Of a stretch of DNA of 55,604 bases, positions 1 to 9,294 are shown piece after piece; the stretch's first letter is position 1, and each line of letters opens with the position of its first letter. A model generated the notes under the pieces. It was not told the DNA's origin and did not search any database. It saw only the letters and a list, made by a program, of their open reading frames with translations. Source of the stretch: a virus. Its lineage: Duplodnaviria; Caudoviricetes. The stretch covers positions 1-55,604 of the IMG/VR virus record IMGVR_UViG_3300004369_000019, one strand, 5' to 3'. A program made the position numbers and the translations under genes.

Positions 1-1
1 T

Positions 2-622
2 TACACCACCTGCACCATACCATTCATAGTTAATGGAAATCATCTGCTGTTTTGTAGCATCAGCAGTTACACCAGTGTATCCATTACCATCAAACTTTTC
101 ACCATTCCAGTTTTCTCTGGTTACTCTTGTTTCTGTGGTGATACCAGTTGCACTGCTGCGAATTACATAAGAATATGTGCCTCCATCATCCTCAAAGTAA
201 GCACCATCAGTCTCATTAAACAATCCAAATCTTCTGCGAATACCGACTTGTGGTGTTTCTAGACGAACTGCAAATGCGAGAGTTGCTGGTCTACCAGGAA
301 TGTATCTCATTACCTGTTTAGTCTGTCTGATAATCTTACTACCAGCAGTGGAACCAACTTCCATAACCACATTACTGGAAGCAGGATTATGAGTAGCAGT
401 TGCAACACCAACTAGACTCTCATCCCAAACATCAGTCTCCTTACCATACTGGAAAGTATTGAAGAAAACTGTTTGGAAGGGAGCAACCTTTAGTCTGTTA
501 TTGTCGGAAAACTGAGGTCTCCAGTCAGTCTGGTTTCCCCAGTGATCTGCAATATTAAAAACCTCAAAGAGACTTCTCTCTTGATTCAAGAAGTCTTGAG
601 TTTGTTTATTCCACTGAGCCAT
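2..622 (-). CDS. Conserved cyanophage protein, probably virion structural (partial, runs off the window edge)
   Basis: Not in the ORF track. I read ATG at 622 and an open frame to the edge: MAQWNKQTQDFLNQERSLFEVFNIADHWGNQTDWRPQFSDNNRLKV...RYIPGR...YEWYGAG. Confidence 0.75.
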   Translation of the reverse strand, partial: MAQWNKQTQDFLNQERSLFEVFNIADHWGNQTDWRPQFSDNNRLKVAPFQTVFFNTFQYGKETDVWDESLVGVATATHNPASSNVVMEVGSTAGSKIIRQTKQVMRYIPGRPATLAFAVRLETPQVGIRRRFGLFNETDGAYFEDDGGTYSYVIRSSATGITTETRVTRENWNGEKFDGNGYTGVTADATKQQMISINYEWYGAGGV

Positions 623-625
623 AAT

Positions 626-946
626 TTAGTCAATCCACTCTAGTTTTGAAGGATGGTATCTTCTTGTGTTTTTAATGTTGAAATTCTTTTCTTCTACTGG
701 ATAAATGTTTTGAACCATTGCTCCAGGATAATCTTTCTGTAATTGTTCCCCAAGTTCTTGTTTGGTTGGAATACCATTCTTAGATACCATCTCAAGTCGA
801 TAGATGCTACCCATCCAAGTAACATCTGCAACATAATTCTCACCAACCTGTTTTGATTCTTCAGGTGGAGAGTTTACATATAAGTTTCCGTTGAAGTCGC
901 CAGAGATATTGACTGACTCCGATATAAATTGTTTGAAGGATTTCAT
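626..946 (-). CDS. Probable head-internal protein (106 aa) with a capsid-targeting-like N-terminus
   Basis: Likely start is the ATG at 946, overlapping the upstream stop (TGATG). N-terminus MKSFKQFISE resembles the T4 internal-protein targeting sequence MKTYQEFIAE. Confidence 0.6.
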   Translation of the reverse strand: MKSFKQFISESVNISGDFNGNLYVNSPPEESKQVGENYVADVTWMGSIYRLEMVSKNGIPTKQELGEQLQKDYPGAMVQNIYPVEEKNFNIKNTRRYHPSKLEWID

Positions 947-1575
947 CAGCAGTTCCAAGCTCTAAGGGATTTATTGATTCTGCTATCTGGATCGTTAGCA
1001 GTTTTAGAAGAAGTAAGTTTCTTCTTCATACCTTTCATTCTTGCACAGAATGATGCTCTTCTCTTATTTCCAACTTTTTTTGAGGGTGCTTTAAGGTCAG
1101 AACCAGGGTTCTCTCTTTCATAAGACTTACGTCCTTTTTCATTGAGACCCCCCTCAGGGTTCTTACCCGACTTTTTTGTCCAAGAAGCTCCTTCCTCTAG
1201 ATCAACTTCTTCTGCATATAAGAAAGTTTCGCCAGGTTCCTTTTCAATAACAGAAGTGTACTTGACTTTAGATCCAGGATAAATTCCTTGCATCTGTGCT
1301 TCGACTTCTTTTCTTGATGGAAGTTTTGCCTGAGGGAAGAACATTTTTAAGACATATGTTCTCCCTTTCCAGGTCACAACAACCATCATAAGATTGCCGA
1401 TCTTTGAAGGAATTCTAGTTGCTTCTCCAATAATACCAGATTCTACAGCAGCATCATGCTGTTCTTTATCTGATGCATCATCTACACTATAACGATCCCA
1501 CATTTTAGGACCGTAACCACACTCCTTTCTAGTTTCCTTCTTCTTGCAAAGTCGGCAATACTTTTTATCAGACAT
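946..1575 (-). CDS. Conserved phage protein with a basic DUF6321-like C-terminal domain
   Basis: 209 aa. C-terminus GKNPEGGLNEKGRKSYEREN...RRASFCARMKG...SRINKSLRAWNC; N-terminal CxxC-x8-C. Confidence 0.65.
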   Translation of the reverse strand: MSDKKYCRLCKKKETRKECGYGPKMWDRYSVDDASDKEQHDAAVESGIIGEATRIPSKIGNLMMVVVTWKGRTYVLKMFFPQAKLPSRKEVEAQMQGIYPGSKVKYTSVIEKEPGETFLYAEEVDLEEGASWTKKSGKNPEGGLNEKGRKSYERENPGSDLKAPSKKVGNKRRASFCARMKGMKKKLTSSKTANDPDSRINKSLRAWNC

Positions 1576-1592
1576 TATAGAAAAAGACTCTT

Positions 1593-3788
1593 TTAGTTAT
1601 TTAGGAGAGACTTTAGTTCGTCAATCTGCTTCTGTTGATCCTTAACGGCTTCAATCAGAAGAGCAACCATATTTTGGTATGCAACTGACTTGACTCCAAG
1701 AGCATCTTCATAAACAACATCAGGTACGATCTTCTCAACTTCTTGTGCGATAACACCTAAACAATGATCTCCAGTTTTCTTATGATCATATTCAACACCA
1801 CGAAGTTGCTTAACCTTTTCAAGTGCATCTTCAATAGTCTCAACGTTTTCTTTCAATCTTTCATCAGAGTTTGCAGTAACAGTACCACCGCAAACTAAGT
1901 TAGTTCCATCGAAGGTTAAGTTAGCAGAAGTTGTTGCAATATTAGATGCGTTCTTAAATAACACTTGGTTTGCAGAACCAAGAGCATTAATATCCGTAGC
2001 ATCGATGGTAACAGTTGCTTTAGAACCAGCAGATTCGGAAACAATACTAGTAATTGCAGTTCCTTCAAAATTTATTATTGTTGCTTCTGCAACTACTTGC
2101 GAATCATCATCTTGCACTTCAACACCAGAAATAATTCCTGTTAATTGAGAACCATCTCCTATAAATTGTCCACTAGTACTAGTTACATCACCAGAAACAG
2201 TTATATCATTAGGGAATCCTAGAATAATTCTTCCTTCATTTCGTGTAACCGTAATTTCATTCGGTGTTCCATCGGCAGCCATAATTGCTCCGGTAGTAAC
2301 ACTTGCAAGACCAATATGACCAGAACCTAAACTATTATAATTTTCTTCAAAGTGACCACCATAGAAAGAAACTATTCCTTCTTCTCCAACAACAGTAGTT
2401 CCTAATGATATTGTATTTGTTGTAATAATACCTGTAACTCTACCATACTGATCTACTTGAAATGATTCAACAAATCTATCAGATCTACTAGTCGAATCAG
2501 CAAATGAAACTGTTACTTGTGCTAGATTAAGATCATCATCATTAACAACAATTGCGCTAGAATCTAAACTTACAACATCAAATCTGTTACCAACCTTGAT
2601 CAGACCTTTACCAGCTTGTATTTCGCCAGGACTAGAGAACTGGGTAAATTCTAGTGCGCTAACACCGATAGAAACTGGTTCTTTGGTAATCAACACAAAA
2701 CCACCACCAGAATTATCATTACCGTTCAGAACGAACGAGAACGCACCCGAGATAATTTCGGAACTTTCGTCGAAGTCAACAGCACGGGTCAGTTCCCATG
2801 ATGTTGATCCACTTCCAAGTCTAGTAACGGTATAATATCCATTCTCAAATGTATTTCCAATTCCATTAGAACCCTGATCCTTTACAAGAATACGATCAGA
2901 TACTAATAATCCGTTAAATCTATCAACAAGACCTGTTCCAGCAATACCTGTTGTATTAATATTACCATTTGATTGTGCGAAAAGAATAGCACCAATACCA
3001 TCAGGTGGTGTATCTACGTTATCATAGTATGCTACAAGTGCTTCTGTTGTTGCTGCCGATACCGCTTTCTGAACAACAAGACCAGCAGTTGCGAAGTTGT
3101 CCACATAGGCTTTTGTGGCAAGTTCCTGATCTACTATGGGTGTTAAAGTATCTACAGTAGCATAATGTCTAATACCAAATATAGATCCTCCAACACTAAC
3201 AGCTCCACCAACCTCTAATTTATATTGCATTAAGGTAGATCCAATTCCCACTCTACCTGTAGAATCGTTATAAAAAAGATCTGCAGACCCACCAAAAATT
3301 CCTCCATCATTATATTGAACTTGTCCGTTAGTACCACCAGGATCTACATTAGCAATAGTAATAGTAGCACCAATACCAGAAGAAGTTGCAGTGATAAGAT
3401 CACCAACAAAATTAATATCTCTTACACTTTCTGCAGAACCTACAATTGTTCCTTCTTCTCTAATAGTAACACCAAGATCAGCAACCCCCTCAAGAGATTT
3501 CCATGTTACGGAAGTTCCACCCAGAGATACTAATATTTGATTATCAGAACCCATCGTACCATCATAAGCAAATAGTTCCTTATGAATCCTAATGGTTCCA
3601 GTGTCTACATCGGCAGCAGGAGTATCAATATTTCTACCTTCTATTCCATGTGTAGAACCGATACCAACACTACCACCAATTGCAACGTTACCAATAACGT
3701 CCAATACTCTAGTGTTCTCACTGTAATCAGTGATGCCGATTCCAAAAGATCTTTCTCTTCCAGATAGGAATTTACCGTAATTAGCCAT
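1593..3788 (-). CDS. Tail fibre protein with C-terminal peptidase S74 intramolecular chaperone
   Basis: 731 aa, G/S/T-rich, with LATKAYVD and ILVKDQ...ENGYY fibre motifs. Ends NSDERLKENVETIEDALEKVKQLRGVEY...GVIAQEVEK..P..V...VAY..MVALLIEAVK plus a coiled coil. Confidence 0.88.
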   Translation of the reverse strand: MANYGKFLSGRERSFGIGITDYSENTRVLDVIGNVAIGGSVGIGSTHGIEGRNIDTPAADVDTGTIRIHKELFAYDGTMGSDNQILVSLGGTSVTWKSLEGVADLGVTIREEGTIVGSAESVRDINFVGDLITATSSGIGATITIANVDPGGTNGQVQYNDGGIFGGSADLFYNDSTGRVGIGSTLMQYKLEVGGAVSVGGSIFGIRHYATVDTLTPIVDQELATKAYVDNFATAGLVVQKAVSAATTEALVAYYDNVDTPPDGIGAILFAQSNGNINTTGIAGTGLVDRFNGLLVSDRILVKDQGSNGIGNTFENGYYTVTRLGSGSTSWELTRAVDFDESSEIISGAFSFVLNGNDNSGGGFVLITKEPVSIGVSALEFTQFSSPGEIQAGKGLIKVGNRFDVVSLDSSAIVVNDDDLNLAQVTVSFADSTSRSDRFVESFQVDQYGRVTGIITTNTISLGTTVVGEEGIVSFYGGHFEENYNSLGSGHIGLASVTTGAIMAADGTPNEITVTRNEGRIILGFPNDITVSGDVTSTSGQFIGDGSQLTGIISGVEVQDDDSQVVAEATIINFEGTAITSIVSESAGSKATVTIDATDINALGSANQVLFKNASNIATTSANLTFDGTNLVCGGTVTANSDERLKENVETIEDALEKVKQLRGVEYDHKKTGDHCLGVIAQEVEKIVPDVVYEDALGVKSVAYQNMVALLIEAVKDQQKQIDELKSLLNN
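1598..1604 (-). promoter_or_regulatory. T4-type late promoter CTAAATA
   Basis: TATTTAG on + strand, 23 nt upstream of the 1575 start, overlapping the end of the fibre gene. Confidence 0.6.
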
Positions 3789-3810
3789 GATTTATAAGTT
3801 AAAATTAGAA

Positions 3811-4155
3811 TTAGAAGTTAGAAGTTTCTAGAATTGATGAAAGAAATTTCATGTCCGATCCTGCATCTACAGAAACAGCGATCTTATCTCCTGTTTCTAA
3901 AACTAGTTTTCCAGGAAGAAGATTGACCGTATCTCCTGCAGGAACAGGAAAATCATTTACAATTGGTGTTGTGGTTGTATCAGTGCTGTCGTAGTAACTA
4001 AAAGTAATTTTTCTAGTTACTGTTCCAGTATTGATAGCTTGCGCCAAAAGGAATACTGATGTATATCCTGTTGGTGCTGTATAGATTTGAACGTCTGATG
4101 TTGTGGGCGTATTAGTAATTGTTCTAAAATTATTAATCGCAATTTGAGCAGCCAT
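3811..4155 (-). CDS. Small beta-rich virion structural protein
   Basis: 114 aa with IYTAPTGYTSV and KLVLETGDKI motifs typical of cyanophage structural islands. Confidence 0.6.
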   Translation of the reverse strand: MAAQIAINNFRTITNTPTTSDVQIYTAPTGYTSVFLLAQAINTGTVTRKITFSYYDSTDTTTTPIVNDFPVPAGDTVNLLPGKLVLETGDKIAVSVDAGSDMKFLSSILETSNF

Positions 4156-4159
4156 TTAA

Positions 4160-7100
4160 TTAGTCTCCTAGTGCTAGAATGAATGGTGTTACGTTATTGA
4201 ATAGTGACTTCAGATAGGTTCTACCTGTAATCGTTCCACTTGCTTGGTTGATGGTAACACCATCACCAATTCTAAAGTTACCTGCTTGGTCGGTAGAGGT
4301 ATAAATGACCTCACCACCATCTTCTTTAACAACCTCATTTTCTTGAATTGTTACACCACCAACACCAGGTCTTGCGGTAAAGATATCATTACCTGCACCA
4401 ACATATTCAAATGAGTGAGAAGATGTGATCTGTAAACTTTGGCGACTTAGATAAACTGTATCGCCAATTGATACATTATTATTTAACCCCTGAATAATTG
4501 TGATAGTTGAAAGACCTGCTTGTGGTAAAGTTGCAGATAAAACCTTGTAATATAAAGGATCTGCTTTTGTTACCTCTGCTGTTGCTTGTGTACCACCACC
4601 AGGAGGTGCTGCAATAGACACATTTGGAGTAAGAGTTTCATATTGAGTACCAGTATTGATTAATGTAATCGCAGTAATTGCTCCATTTTCTACAGTTGGA
4701 ATTGCTTGTGCGCCAATTCCATTTGGTCCTGTTGGAGCCTCAATAGTAATAATCGCATCATTTGGAGTGTTATATCCAGTTCCACCATTTGTAATGGTGA
4801 TAGTATTCAGAGAATAATAAAGTTTATCAATGTAGAACACTTGACCATCATAAGGTCTTTGTGTTCCAACTCCACTTACTTCTAAAGTAATATCATTCGC
4901 GGGTGCAGCAGATTCAACTTTCGCAGTTTGTCTATAGATAGACTTAGTTGTGTTATCACTAATACCTTGAGAAATCAAACCAATTCTTCCAAATGAAGAG
5001 TTTGAGTTTGTAAGATCACATTGTCCACCACTTCTTGTTACAATCGCTTCATCGCAACAAATTGTAAAGATAGACACTAACTGAGCGTAAGATCCGTTAG
5101 TGATTGATACTCCAATTCCTCTCTGGTTGTACTGAGTATAAGAGTCAACCGACATGGAACCCTGAACACCAATCTCATCCTCATCACCAGGTTCTGCAGC
5201 AAAACCATCGATCTTAAGACCAATACTGTCGAAAATAAAGTTCGTACAGTTTCTTACATACGGACCTTTAAAGACTTGTCCAACTCCAGGACTGAAGTTT
5301 GGATCAGAATCTTCACCTTCGGCAGGACCATAACCAGCACCATTAAATCCTTCAAATCTAGTAGTAATACCAGTTGGATTTACAGGACTTTGAATTGCGG
5401 TAATTCCTCCACCAACAATTGAAGTAACGATACCAATAACAGTATCGATAGAACTCATTACATTTTTACATCCAGCAGGACTTGTATTACTGTTGACTCT
5501 AGGATCATATTGAATAGACTCATCTTTAACTTGACCGCCACCAAAACTAGCATCTGTTTTAGTAAATGGTTGGAACTTCAGAATGTTACCGGTATTATCA
5601 GTATATGTATGCGAAATTTCAGTAGGTCCGAAGTTTGTTGTGAATGTTGTAGGTCCGACAATTGTATCAACATTAAAGATATTTCCAAATGTTCCATCTG
5701 GGAATACTGTTGTTGTAATCCCGATGAAAGCACTTCCACCACCAATGTAAGTATGATCTAGTGTCGAAACACCAGTATTAACGGTAATAGAACTTGCAAT
5801 AGAAAGTGTTGGGAAATTATTCAGATTTCCTGCACCAACGTGAGTTGTAACAATACCAATCAGACTATCAATAGAAGAACGAATATCTGCACAACCTAAA
5901 GGATCTGTATTGACTCCAACTGCAGGATCCGCAGTAATTGTTGTATCTCTATAATTAAGAACATTATTAATAGCTAATTTTGAATATGCTGCAATAGAAG
6001 AGAATGCAGTTACAGACTCTGACTCTTCACCAATTAATCCACCACTAATAGGATCACCAGTAGCAGTAAAATACTTTCTTGTAGTTTCTCTAATATTTTT
6101 ATTACTATCTGTTCTCAAATCATTGATTAGAGCATCAACAACATATGCAATGTCTCTTCTGCACTTAAATTCTCCACCTGGGAAGTTACCGTAATTAATT
6201 GTAAGACCATTGATAACATTAAGATTTTCTGACTCAATAGCTTCTGTTGCAATACCAACTAAGTTATCAATAGATGCTTGAACATCACTGCAAGAATATG
6301 TCTCACTATTTCCGATAGCAGGACTTCCATCACCAAAATAACTGGATCCGCCAGAAACTGTAGTATCTTTAGTTGATAACTGGTTAGCAACCGCCAATTT
6401 CATCTGATCTCTTGCTGTGTCGAAAGCGAGAATAGATTGTACTTCTTCACCATCAAGACCATTGGTAAGGAAAGTTCCAGAAGCATCAAAATACTTCTTA
6501 GCAAAAGCAATTGAATAATTATTTCCACTGGTAAAAATATCTGTCGAAACAGCATCTACAAGATAGTTCAAGTCTCTCTTACACTTATCTTCAGTTCCAG
6601 ATAATGCGGGATATTCTGTGACCATTGTGGTCCATGCTGTTCCAACAATCTCACCTTTGTTTTGTTGAATCAGACGATATGCATCTTTATATCTGGAAGT
6701 TGTTGTTATTGAGGAATCTCCTGGGAAGAAGAAATCTGGATGAACAATTGCAATATTTGCAAGAGCCTTATCTGTGATTTCTAACTTGTTGCCTGCAATT
6801 AAATTCGCAGAATCTTGATATCTATCTCCACCAACTTTCTCTACTGGGAAGTCATAACCAACAGCACCTGATGGGAAGAACTGAGTTGAAAGACCTCCAC
6901 CAGAATCACATTGGAATACTAAATTTTCTAGGCGAACTTTTCCATCATTTGTAATATATGCTGGATCATTATCGGAATTACCAGATCCACTTGCAGTAAA
7001 TCCAATCGTAGTAAATCCAGTGATTCTATCGTAAACGGCAGAATTAATTCCTACTTCTGGTGTATAATATCTCTGTACCTTAATTGTTCCCGATAAACCA

Positions 7101-9220
7101 CCATTGGCTCCAAGACCAGTACCAATTCTTGCTACAAATGAAGCATCAGAAAGTTTATCATCTACAATCAAATTATCAAAATCGCTACCAGTTGTAGAAG
7201 TAACTGTAATACCATTACCAGACTTTAATTCATGATCAGTAGATGTTTCAAATGTAGTAATACCTGTAACACTATCATAATCGACAGTAATAATTGTAAT
7301 TTCATCTCCAGGAGATCCTGAAGGGCATGTAAATCCTAGTCCAGTAATCTCAACGGAATCGTCTTTAGAAAGATCGTGATCATATCTGGTTGTAACCGTC
7401 GCAAAACCAGTATTACTATCATAAACAATTGTATCAATTGGAGTTGTATATCCAATAGAAACTCCACCCCATGTCGTATTGTTAATTACGCATCGAACGA
7501 TGTCTTGAGCATAATCAACAGCACGAATCGTTTGAGTTACTTCATCAATTGGAGAATTATTAAGAGTTCCTGCTACGAATGAAGAAACACCAACTGCAGC
7601 TAAATCGCTGTCGAAGTAAGTCTTACCAGCAGCAACGACTTTTGTGGATCCACCTCTTGTAATATCGTAGCAAACTGCCTTAAGAATATCTCTTACATCT
7701 CTAGAGCAACGGAACGTATCAAGGTTAATACCAGTGATAATTCCAACAACACCAGAAGAAGATCCTGTACCAACAGCATTTGTTGTAATTCCTGCAAGAT
7801 AACTAATGCTATTACCAACACCAGTACACCATCCTGTTCCTACAATAATTCTATCGTTAGAATCATTATAAAGATATTTCTTATTTCTTCTTGTAGAATC
7901 AATTGCTTGAGTATAACTAGTAGAATAATTATTATATTTTTCTACCGTTCCACCAGTATCATAGGTGTGAGTAATTGAAGAAACGCCAACATTTGTTTTG
8001 AAAGTATTTACTCCAACATATTCTGTTACTGTAAAGTACTCTCCGTTTGTACCATCTGGGAAAATAGTTGTAGTAATTCCACTACCTCCAGGGCAGGTAA
8101 ATGCAATTCCAGCTAGTTCAACAATATCACCAGTTGTTACACCATGACCAACAGAGGTAACGGTAGCGATACCAGTTAGATTATCATAAACAAATCCAGT
8201 AACGTTTGTAGTACCACCAGCACCAACACTAGCCCATGGTCTCTGGTTGATTACATATGTTGCGATACCAACAGCACGCTCAATAGCAGCTACAGTAGCA
8301 TCGGCAATACTATATCCATTTGTATCAACACCATCAACATGATCTAAAGCACCACCAGCAGTAAAGTAAGATAATGCTGCACCTACCGACTTTAAATTAC
8401 CAGTAGATTTTAAATCATATGCAATTGCTTTAAATATATCCTTAACATCATCTTTGCAGTCCTGGGGAGCTCCTGGAGTTACGACAAACGCTGGATTTTT
8501 ATAGTCGGTACTTGTAATATAACCAACAGCTTCTTGTGCAATAAAATCAAGGTTTGCCTCAAGAGCAGTTGCACCATCTTGTGCAAGGTGTGTTCCTGCA
8601 TAACCACTATAACCACTGGTCAGGAATCCAACTGCTTCTCTTGCGATAAAGTCTGAGTTGACGCGAATGAGTCTTGCTGCGTCAAAATATCTATCGGATG
8701 CTACACTCTCAAGAGGTCTAAAAGCAACTGCAGCAGATCCAGAATCCATAGATCCTGTAAATCCAAGGTCAGTTAAGTGACATCCATCATTAACCCAAAA
8801 TAAATCTTTGTCTGCATTTGCTGGAGAAACAATACAGTTTCTTAATTCGAGACCTTCTACAGATACATTTTTATCCAGTATAATTGGATTTTGCTCAACA
8901 TATACACCAGGATAAACCTTAATAGTATCAAAGATTTCTGCTATTTCGGCAGCGGCTTTGATTGATAGTTTTGCATCTCTTTCATTTAAACCTGTATTAG
9001 CATCATCACCTTCTTTACATACAAAAATAGTTTTACCTAGAGATCCTCCAGCACCCACTCGGATAACACGAGTTGCAATTCCAACACCTGCTGTATCTTG
9101 CTTTAAGAATACTTCTCCATCAAAAGCATTTACAGCTAACTCACCGATAGCAAGTTGTGCGGTAGTTGGGATTTTACCGGATACTGTTGACCTTTTTAAA
9201 CGAATCTGAGGATCTGCCAT
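4160..9220 (-). CDS. Large fibre-like virion protein (1686 aa): Mtd_N-like N-terminus, beta-helix segments and four nested phycobiliprotein-like domains
   Basis: N-terminus IRLKRSTVSGKIPTTAQLAIGELAVN; GDDANTG...SIKAA...IKVYPGVYVE beta-helix start; four C-x-[RD]-D helices (C255, C505, C880, C1020); C-terminal SHSFEYVGAG...STDQAGNFRIG. Confidence 0.8.
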   Translation of the reverse strand: MADPQIRLKRSTVSGKIPTTAQLAIGELAVNAFDGEVFLKQDTAGVGIATRVIRVGAGGSLGKTIFVCKEGDDANTGLNERDAKLSIKAAAEIAEIFDTIKVYPGVYVEQNPIILDKNVSVEGLELRNCIVSPANADKDLFWVNDGCHLTDLGFTGSMDSGSAAVAFRPLESVASDRYFDAARLIRVNSDFIAREAVGFLTSGYSGYAGTHLAQDGATALEANLDFIAQEAVGYITSTDYKNPAFVVTPGAPQDCKDDVKDIFKAIAYDLKSTGNLKSVGAALSYFTAGGALDHVDGVDTNGYSIADATVAAIERAVGIATYVINQRPWASVGAGGTTNVTGFVYDNLTGIATVTSVGHGVTTGDIVELAGIAFTCPGGSGITTTIFPDGTNGEYFTVTEYVGVNTFKTNVGVSSITHTYDTGGTVEKYNNYSTSYTQAIDSTRRNKKYLYNDSNDRIIVGTGWCTGVGNSISYLAGITTNAVGTGSSSGVVGIITGINLDTFRCSRDVRDILKAVCYDITRGGSTKVVAAGKTYFDSDLAAVGVSSFVAGTLNNSPIDEVTQTIRAVDYAQDIVRCVINNTTWGGVSIGYTTPIDTIVYDSNTGFATVTTRYDHDLSKDDSVEITGLGFTCPSGSPGDEITIITVDYDSVTGITTFETSTDHELKSGNGITVTSTTGSDFDNLIVDDKLSDASFVARIGTGLGANGGLSGTIKVQRYYTPEVGINSAVYDRITGFTTIGFTASGSGNSDNDPAYITNDGKVRLENLVFQCDSGGGLSTQFFPSGAVGYDFPVEKVGGDRYQDSANLIAGNKLEITDKALANIAIVHPDFFFPGDSSITTTSRYKDAYRLIQQNKGEIVGTAWTTMVTEYPALSGTEDKCKRDLNYLVDAVSTDIFTSGNNYSIAFAKKYFDASGTFLTNGLDGEEVQSILAFDTARDQMKLAVANQLSTKDTTVSGGSSYFGDGSPAIGNSETYSCSDVQASIDNLVGIATEAIESENLNVINGLTINYGNFPGGEFKCRRDIAYVVDALINDLRTDSNKNIRETTRKYFTATGDPISGGLIGEESESVTAFSSIAAYSKLAINNVLNYRDTTITADPAVGVNTDPLGCADIRSSIDSLIGIVTTHVGAGNLNNFPTLSIASSITVNTGVSTLDHTYIGGGSAFIGITTTVFPDGTFGNIFNVDTIVGPTTFTTNFGPTEISHTYTDNTGNILKFQPFTKTDASFGGGQVKDESIQYDPRVNSNTSPAGCKNVMSSIDTVIGIVTSIVGGGITAIQSPVNPTGITTRFEGFNGAGYGPAEGEDSDPNFSPGVGQVFKGPYVRNCTNFIFDSIGLKIDGFAAEPGDEDEIGVQGSMSVDSYTQYNQRGIGVSITNGSYAQLVSIFTICCDEAIVTRSGGQCDLTNSNSSFGRIGLISQGISDNTTKSIYRQTAKVESAAPANDITLEVSGVGTQRPYDGQVFYIDKLYYSLNTITITNGGTGYNTPNDAIITIEAPTGPNGIGAQAIPTVENGAITAITLINTGTQYETLTPNVSIAAPPGGGTQATAEVTKADPLYYKVLSATLPQAGLSTITIIQGLNNNVSIGDTVYLSRQSLQITSSHSFEYVGAGNDIFTARPGVGGVTIQENEVVKEDGGEVIYTSTDQAGNFRIGDGVTINQASGTITGRTYLKSLFNNVTPFILALGD
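5410..8692 (-). other. Four phycobiliprotein/globin-like helical domains inside the 1686-aa protein
   Basis: Repeated RYxDA..LI..N..I...A helix, KCxRD..Y..DA...D...G helix and C..V..SI..LvGI helix, collinear with phycocyanin beta as I recall it. Confidence 0.7.
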
Positions 9221-9273
9221 CTATCTCCATATTTGGTATATACCGTAAACCTAATAGAAATTAGGTGCTATCT

Positions 9274-9280
9274 TATTTAG
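9274..9280 (-). promoter_or_regulatory. Late promoter CTAAATA
   Basis: In the intergenic gap upstream of the 9220 start; a GGAG RBS precedes the ATG. Confidence 0.6.
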
Positions 9281-9294
9281 TATTCTTAGTATTC

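Noticed and set aside
4160-9220. Host-derived cpc/cpe auxiliary gene
   Set aside because: The domains lack X/Y helices, are highly diverged and are embedded in structural proteins, so they are not phycobilisome subunits.
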